Below are positions 58,940 to 64,000 of a stretch of 64,000 nucleotides of DNA, piece by piece. The notes below the pieces were generated by a model. It saw only the letters and a program-made list of their open reading frames with translations. It was not told the DNA's origin and did no database searches. Both the position numbers and the translations under genes were made by a program. Source of the DNA: an uncultured Gammaproteobacteria bacterium (GTDB lineage: Bacteria; Patescibacteriota; Microgenomatia; UBA10105; UBA927); NCBI GenBank assembly GCA_964527425.1, contig CAZGOA010000001.1:98435-162434 (forward strand), written 5' to 3'. The first letter of the stretch is position 1. The number at the start of each line of letters is the position of its first letter.

Positions 58940-60526
58940 ATGAGATACACTATGAGATTCATTAAGCGTTCAAAGTCGGGAATGACTTCTACAATAAAAA
59001 GGCGAAGAATTGTAAGTAGAAGAAGGATACTACTTATGCAACGAAATATTGTATTGTTTCTTTTGCTTTTTAGTATTTTTGCCTATCTTACAAATCCATT
59101 TAATCGTATAAATGTAGTACGGGATCCTGTTAGCATCATGCTGGAAAGTGGTTATATTACACCTACGTATACTGGAAAATTATTTCTGTTTGATAACGCA
59201 GGAGCTCGATTATTAGGTAACTTTAAAGCTGGCTGGCATATATTAACGAATCATTTCTCTGGAGGTGGAAAACCATCTAGTGCTACAACATTGGATGGCA
59301 TTATCGATGATATTCATGCTCTTAGGTTCAATGCTAATGTGCCATTTTTAATTTCAGGAGACCATTTTAGTGTGTTATATCCTCGTTCATTGGGTATTTT
59401 TTATCACTCTGCACTTGATCCAAGAACTGCACGAAATCAAAAAGACTGGTCACTTCGTCAACAGATATATATGAAGACACTTATCTATGCGTTAGAAACG
59501 TATGAGCGATCAAAACGTCTTTCAACAACAATTATTCCAATAGGTCCTCGATCTGTTACTATTACTAACTACTTTGATCCTCCTTCAGATACGATGTTTA
59601 GCTTGCTCTATGCATTTCGAACTCTTATGAGTACGAAAGAAATAACCTCCATTAATCGATTCAATACGGTTGATACTCCAGTTTATGATTTAGAAACTAC
59701 TAAAGCCGCAGAAAGCTTACTTTCTGAATATAGAGATGTTTTGAGAAGGCACTTTCAACTGTATGTTACTGAGGTTACGGATCCTTCTACAGGATTAGTC
59801 AGAAAAGACATATCACTATCTGGTACGAAAGATTCAGTAAGAAGAAAAAGCAGTTTTTATGACAATGTTATCTTATGGAAAACTCATCAATTAGCACAAG
59901 AACTAGAACTCGTTGAAAAAAATGATGTGTTTTTAGATCAATTAAAATCTACAATTCTTTCTACATTCTGGTTACCTGAGCATGGATACTTTCTCGAAGA
60001 ATTAACTGATAGAGCAATACACAATCGTCATTACTCTTCAGATTGGGTTATTGCTTATCAAACCGGTTTTCTCGATCCCAGAAATGAAAATGAACAACAT
60101 TATTTCACAGAAAGTATTGAGTTTATCAAACAGCAAGGATTAGATCGTCCGTTTGGGTTAATGTACGAACCAGAATCTCAAAAAGCAACGTTACATTGGA
60201 TTCTCTCTGTTGCTGCAAAAAAATATGGAACACAGGCTATATGGAGTAATTTCGGCATGGAATATGCCAAAATTCTAACATCACTTTACCAGGGAAATTG
60301 TGATTCTGCATACTTACAGGAAGCACGATATCAAATAGATAAATATACTGACAATATTGTTACGTATAGAGGGTATCCTGAGGTATACAATGCAGATGGA
60401 AGACCATTCCAAACACCCTTTTATACAAGTATTCATAGAACAGGATGGGTTGTTACCTATGAACAAGCAAAACAAATGTTAGAGTATACTGAAAAACATA
60501 CGCAACGTTATTGTCCTACTACTTAA
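58940..60526 (+). CDS. Membrane-anchored protein, putative (alpha/alpha)6 six-hairpin glycosidase-like
   Basis: Basic N-terminus + TM; helical body with LYPR, SGTKD..R.SSFYDN, FW....GYF, GYPEVY..DG. Fold call is tentative and the start is uncertain. Confidence 0.55.
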   Translation: MRYTMRFIKRSKSGMTSTIKRRRIVSRRRILLMQRNIVLFLLLFSIFAYLTNPFNRINVVRDPVSIMLESGYITPTYTGKLFLFDNAGARLLGNFKAGWHILTNHFSGGGKPSSATTLDGIIDDIHALRFNANVPFLISGDHFSVLYPRSLGIFYHSALDPRTARNQKDWSLRQQIYMKTLIYALETYERSKRLSTTIIPIGPRSVTITNYFDPPSDTMFSLLYAFRTLMSTKEITSINRFNTVDTPVYDLETTKAAESLLSEYRDVLRRHFQLYVTEVTDPSTGLVRKDISLSGTKDSVRRKSSFYDNVILWKTHQLAQELELVEKNDVFLDQLKSTILSTFWLPEHGYFLEELTDRAIHNRHYSSDWVIAYQTGFLDPRNENEQHYFTESIEFIKQQGLDRPFGLMYEPESQKATLHWILSVAAKKYGTQAIWSNFGMEYAKILTSLYQGNCDSAYLQEARYQIDKYTDNIVTYRGYPEVYNADGRPFQTPFYTSIHRTGWVVTYEQAKQMLEYTEKHTQRYCPTT

Positions 60527-61164
60527 CGTTCTGCTTGTGAATGGTCTTTTACGGTTGGGCTGATCCGTTCAGTTTCAATCACTTTCATATTTGGTTCTAA
60601 TACTACTCTCCACGCTTCTCCACGTAATAAATAGGTATCTTTCTTTAATTCATCAATTGTAGCTGTTTGTTTTCCTTCGTGATGCAATGCATCAACTAGA
60701 AACGCAAGTGGATCTCCATGACTTACCAGACAAATTATGCCCTGTTTATACATCTGCATTGCTTCTTTTACTACTTTTATCATTCTTTCTGCCTGTTTAC
60801 TTTCTGGTTCAAGCTGATAATGAAACTGTTCACCAAATTCTTTTTTATATGGATTCCCTAACCTTCTTGCCCAATCAAGAGGTCTACCCACATACCCAAT
60901 TGAGTCCGATTCTTTTAACTCGTCTCGGTAATGTACTATTGTTTTAGGAAAAACACGCAATACTTGTTCTGTTGATTCAACTGTTCTTTTTAAGGGACTG
61001 GAAAATATGGCGTTGGGATTTTCTTCTCGTTCTTTTATACTTTCTGCTAGAGAGTGTATTTGGAGTTTACCTCGGATTGTTAACTCGATATCTCTTACTC
61101 TTCCGTATGTAATATTTAGCGGATTATTTACTTCTCCGTGACGTATAAGATAAAACGTAATCAT
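60523..61164 (-). CDS. Histidine phosphatase (phosphoglycerate mutase-like) family protein
   Basis: LIRHGE, SSPLKRT, L.E, VSHGD. Confidence 0.92.
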   Translation of the reverse strand: MITFYLIRHGEVNNPLNITYGRVRDIELTIRGKLQIHSLAESIKEREENPNAIFSSPLKRTVESTEQVLRVFPKTIVHYRDELKESDSIGYVGRPLDWARRLGNPYKKEFGEQFHYQLEPESKQAERMIKVVKEAMQMYKQGIICLVSHGDPLAFLVDALHHEGKQTATIDELKKDTYLLRGEAWRVVLEPNMKVIETERISPTVKDHSQAER

Positions 61165-61197
61165 AATAATAAATACTTCGAACTAAGTATAGCGTAC

Positions 61198-62409
61198 TTA
61201 TTCATACCTGAGTGCATCAATTGGTGATAAACGTGCAGCACGTCTTGCTGGATATAATCCAAAGATAATACCAACTATCGTGGATACACCTACTGCTATA
61301 AGAATGGCTGGTATACTAACGATAAATGGTACACCGAATAGTATAGAAATAATAAAAGCACCACTTATTCCCAAAAAAATTCCCACTAATCCACCTATGA
61401 GCGTCATAACGATTGATTCAAAAAGAAATTGAGTTAATATATCTCGATCTTTTGCCCCTATTGCCTTTAATAACCCGATTTCTTTCGTTCGTTCAGTAAC
61501 GGATACTAACATAATATTCATTACACCTATCCCCCCCACTAATAGTGAAATCCCTGAAATAGCTGATATCATAGCGGTTAGTAGACCAGTAATTGTTTGT
61601 GCTGTTGTTAATATATCCTGAGCACTTGCTATTCGAAAATCATTATCGTCTCCCTCTTCTAAGTTATGACGATCACGCAACAATGTTTCAACGTCTTCTA
61701 TAGTTTGATTTATCTGATCTGTGTCATGAACACTGATATCAATTTCCTGTAATCTTTCTTCACCAAGTATTTCGTTAATTACAACATTGATCGGTACAAA
61801 AATTGCATTATTAATAAATCCTCCTGCAAGTACACTGGAAGATTCAACAACACCAATTACTTGAAATGTACGATTACTTATTTGAATAGTTTCTCCAACA
61901 GGAGAAGCATCTTCTCCAAAGAAAGTTTCTGAAGCCTCTGCACCTAATACAACAACTCGCTGAGAAGAATCTACATTCTCCTCTGTGATAAATTCACCTG
62001 AGGTAACATCGGGTCGAAGAATTTCTAAAATTTCTGGAGTAATACCATACGTTAACAACTCTTCTTCTTCATTGTTTGCAGCAACAACGACTGATGCTAA
62101 CGCTACAGGTGCAATGCTTTTAATATTTGTTAATGTTGTATCATTTTTTATGGCTTCTAAATCTTCAAATGTTAGTGCATTTGAACCTGCAAATGTACTG
62201 ACCTGACTTGATCCTGGATTAATTTGAAAATAATCGGTACCAAATGATGCGAGTTCATTTGTAATAAATGCAACTGCTCCCTGTCCTATTGAATAAATGA
62301 GGATAACCGAAGTTATACCAATGATAATTCCAATCATGGTGAGTGAAGTTCGCAGAACATTACCTTTTAATGCTTGGAGCGCTGATACAATTATTTCTCT
62401 GTAATTCAT
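61198..62409 (-). CDS. MacB-like ABC transporter permease
   Basis: RTSLTMIGIIIG, GGIGVMNIMLVSVTERTKEIG, PARRAARLSPIDALRYE. Confidence 0.95.
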   Translation of the reverse strand: MNYREIIVSALQALKGNVLRTSLTMIGIIIGITSVILIYSIGQGAVAFITNELASFGTDYFQINPGSSQVSTFAGSNALTFEDLEAIKNDTTLTNIKSIAPVALASVVVAANNEEEELLTYGITPEILEILRPDVTSGEFITEENVDSSQRVVVLGAEASETFFGEDASPVGETIQISNRTFQVIGVVESSSVLAGGFINNAIFVPINVVINEILGEERLQEIDISVHDTDQINQTIEDVETLLRDRHNLEEGDDNDFRIASAQDILTTAQTITGLLTAMISAISGISLLVGGIGVMNIMLVSVTERTKEIGLLKAIGAKDRDILTQFLFESIVMTLIGGLVGIFLGISGAFIISILFGVPFIVSIPAILIAVGVSTIVGIIFGLYPARRAARLSPIDALRYE

Positions 62410-62410
62410 A

Positions 62411-63106
62411 TTATTTTTTTTGATTTTCTACTATTTGACCATCTACTATTCTGATAATTCTTTTTGCAAACTCTGCTATTTCCGATTCATGTGTAATTAA
62501 TATGATAGTTCTTCCTTTATTATTCAAAGAAGCAAAAATCTCCATAATTTCATGCGAAGTTTTCGTATCTAGATTACCTGTGGGTTCGTCTGCCAATATA
62601 ATTGAGGGATTCATAATCATGGCTCTTGCAATTGCGACTCTTTGAATTTGACCTCCAGAAATATGGTTAGAAATATTCTGCGCTTTATCAGCAATACCTA
62701 CCAGTTCTAATGCTTCCATTGCTCGACTTTTTCGTTCTGATTCTGGAATTGAAGCATAAATCATCGGTCTTTCAACATTCTGTATAACTGTCATTCGAGG
62801 AAGTAAATTAAAGGCTTGAAAGACAAATCCAATTTCTTTATTTCGAATTTCTGCTAACTGATCACTTGAATAGCTGCTGATATCTTTTCCCTTAAATAGA
62901 TATTTCCCACTGGTTGGAGTATCTAGTGCACCTATGATATGCATCATTGTCGACTTACCACTTCCGGATGGACCCATGATGGCACAAAAATCCCCGTCAT
63001 GAATTGTAAGATTAATTCCATTTAACGCTTGATAATATGCACCATCTGCAAGAGGATATCGTTTAATTACATTATCCAAACGTATAATAGGATCTATAGA
63101 CTTCAT
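62411..63106 (-). CDS. MacB/LolD-like ABC transporter ATP-binding protein
   Basis: GPSGSGKST, IGFVFQAFNL, SGGQIQRVAIARA, ADEPTGNLD. Confidence 0.95.
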   Translation of the reverse strand: MKSIDPIIRLDNVIKRYPLADGAYYQALNGINLTIHDGDFCAIMGPSGSGKSTMMHIIGALDTPTSGKYLFKGKDISSYSSDQLAEIRNKEIGFVFQAFNLLPRMTVIQNVERPMIYASIPESERKSRAMEALELVGIADKAQNISNHISGGQIQRVAIARAMIMNPSIILADEPTGNLDTKTSHEIMEIFASLNNKGRTIILITHESEIAEFAKRIIRIVDGQIVENQKK

Positions 63107-63109
63107 TTG

Positions 63110-64000
63110 TTAGTTTCCAAAAAGCCCTGAACGTTTGAGCTGATCATTAGAAAGAGAAGTAATTATCATCTGACCTTCTTCTATTCCACTAAGAATTTGT
63201 GTTTTCTCTTTTCCCTTAATTCCAATTTCAACAGGTACATAGGTAACATCTTTTGATTTTGGATCTGGTATTCTGACTGCCCGTTTCCCTTGATATGGTT
63301 TTATTGCCGCATTCGGAACTGCTATGACATCTGTCACTTTATTGGTTGTAATTGTGGCGTCTGCTTTCATACCAGTTCTGAGTTGTTCGTCTGCATTGCG
63401 TATTTCAATATAAATGTTGTATCGAATAACACCCTGAACATTTGTTCCGATAGTATCAACCCTTTTAACAATTCCCTCATAGGTATGACCATTTAAGACA
63501 TTTACATCAAGAACTACCTCCTGGCCTTCTTTAATTTTGGTAATATCTGTTTCGCTTACTGATATCACTACTTCTGCATGAGCAATACCCGCAATAACAA
63601 CTAAGGGCGATACTGCAGAGGCTACCGTCTTAACCGAACTTCCCCGATCAACTGAGAGATTAGCTATAGTTCCATTTGATGTCGCTTTTACCGTTGCATT
63701 TTGCGTTGATTCATAGAGTAAATATGCATTATGAACCGCGATTTGAGCTTGAGATATGACAGCTTGCTGTTTTTTATAGTTGCTTTCTGCGGCAAACCAA
63801 TCTTTTTGAGCAATATGAAATTCTGGAAGTTCGCGCTGTTCTGTTTTGGGTGTTCCGTCAGATTCTTCGTATTTATCACTTTCTGCTAACTGTTTATAAA
63901 TATCCCATTTTGAAAACAAGGCTGATTGTAACGAATGCAGTGTTGCTTGTGCTGTATCTAGTGTATTTTTTGCTGCTAAGTATGCTGCTTGTGCTTGAGC
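63110..64000 (-). CDS. MacA-like membrane fusion/adaptor protein, 3' part (start beyond window)
   Basis: Frame stays open to the window end (AQAQAAYLAAKNTLD...); V.A...G.I, VSETDI..IK.GQ, LRTGM, VPNAAI, I.SGI.EG. Confidence 0.9.
   Translation of the reverse strand, partial: AQAQAAYLAAKNTLDTAQATLHSLQSALFSKWDIYKQLAESDKYEESDGTPKTEQRELPEFHIAQKDWFAAESNYKKQQAVISQAQIAVHNAYLLYESTQNATVKATSNGTIANLSVDRGSSVKTVASAVSPLVVIAGIAHAEVVISVSETDITKIKEGQEVVLDVNVLNGHTYEGIVKRVDTIGTNVQGVIRYNIYIEIRNADEQLRTGMKADATITTNKVTDVIAVPNAAIKPYQGKRAVRIPDPKSKDVTYVPVEIGIKGKEKTQILSGIEEGQMIITSLSNDQLKRSGLFGN

Noticed and set aside
1-64000. Alternative genetic code (UGA read-through as in some CPR lineages)
   Set aside because: Genes are full length under the standard bacterial code, and TGA serves as a normal stop, including in ATGA overlaps.

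Overview
AT-rich, densely coding bacterial window. Gene content and style (many GT-C glycosyltransferases, a CAP-domain protein, a shortened TsaB, no amino-acid or central metabolism genes) are most consistent with a Patescibacteria/CPR genome, probably Microgenomates; this taxonomy is inference. About 1-44.8 kb is an almost entirely minus-strand cell-envelope super-cluster. (i) 1-19.5 kb: GT2s, a Wzx flippase, three polyprenyl-phosphate sugar synthases, five GT-C enzymes, gmd/rmd-like, ugd and rmlA/B/D (no rmlC). (ii) 19.5-24.6 kb: a CAP protein, a sortase with an adjacent LAATG-tagged substrate and a paralogous unanchored partner, and YibE/F. (iii) 24.6-44.8 kb: a probable novel glycopolymer locus with a DPM-like::processive GT2 fusion, a flippase::GT4 fusion, a tandem two-domain kinase, a methyltransferase, a deacetylase, a pyruvyl transferase, two GT-Cs and a secreted clan-A-like glycoside hydrolase. 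44.9-64 kb is mostly housekeeping: phhB-like, tsaBE, vanZ, ftsEX with a coiled-coil C39-like peptidase, prfB without frameshift, MgtE_N-CBS plus an Nramp-like transporter, ruvCAB, dsbA, CIRCE-controlled hsp20 and a MacAB-like ABC system. At least nine genes have a -10-like hexamer exactly 6 nt before the ATG, suggesting leaderless mRNAs. I saw no tRNA, rRNA, CRISPR array or mobile element. All product calls come from motif recognition by eye; no searches were run.
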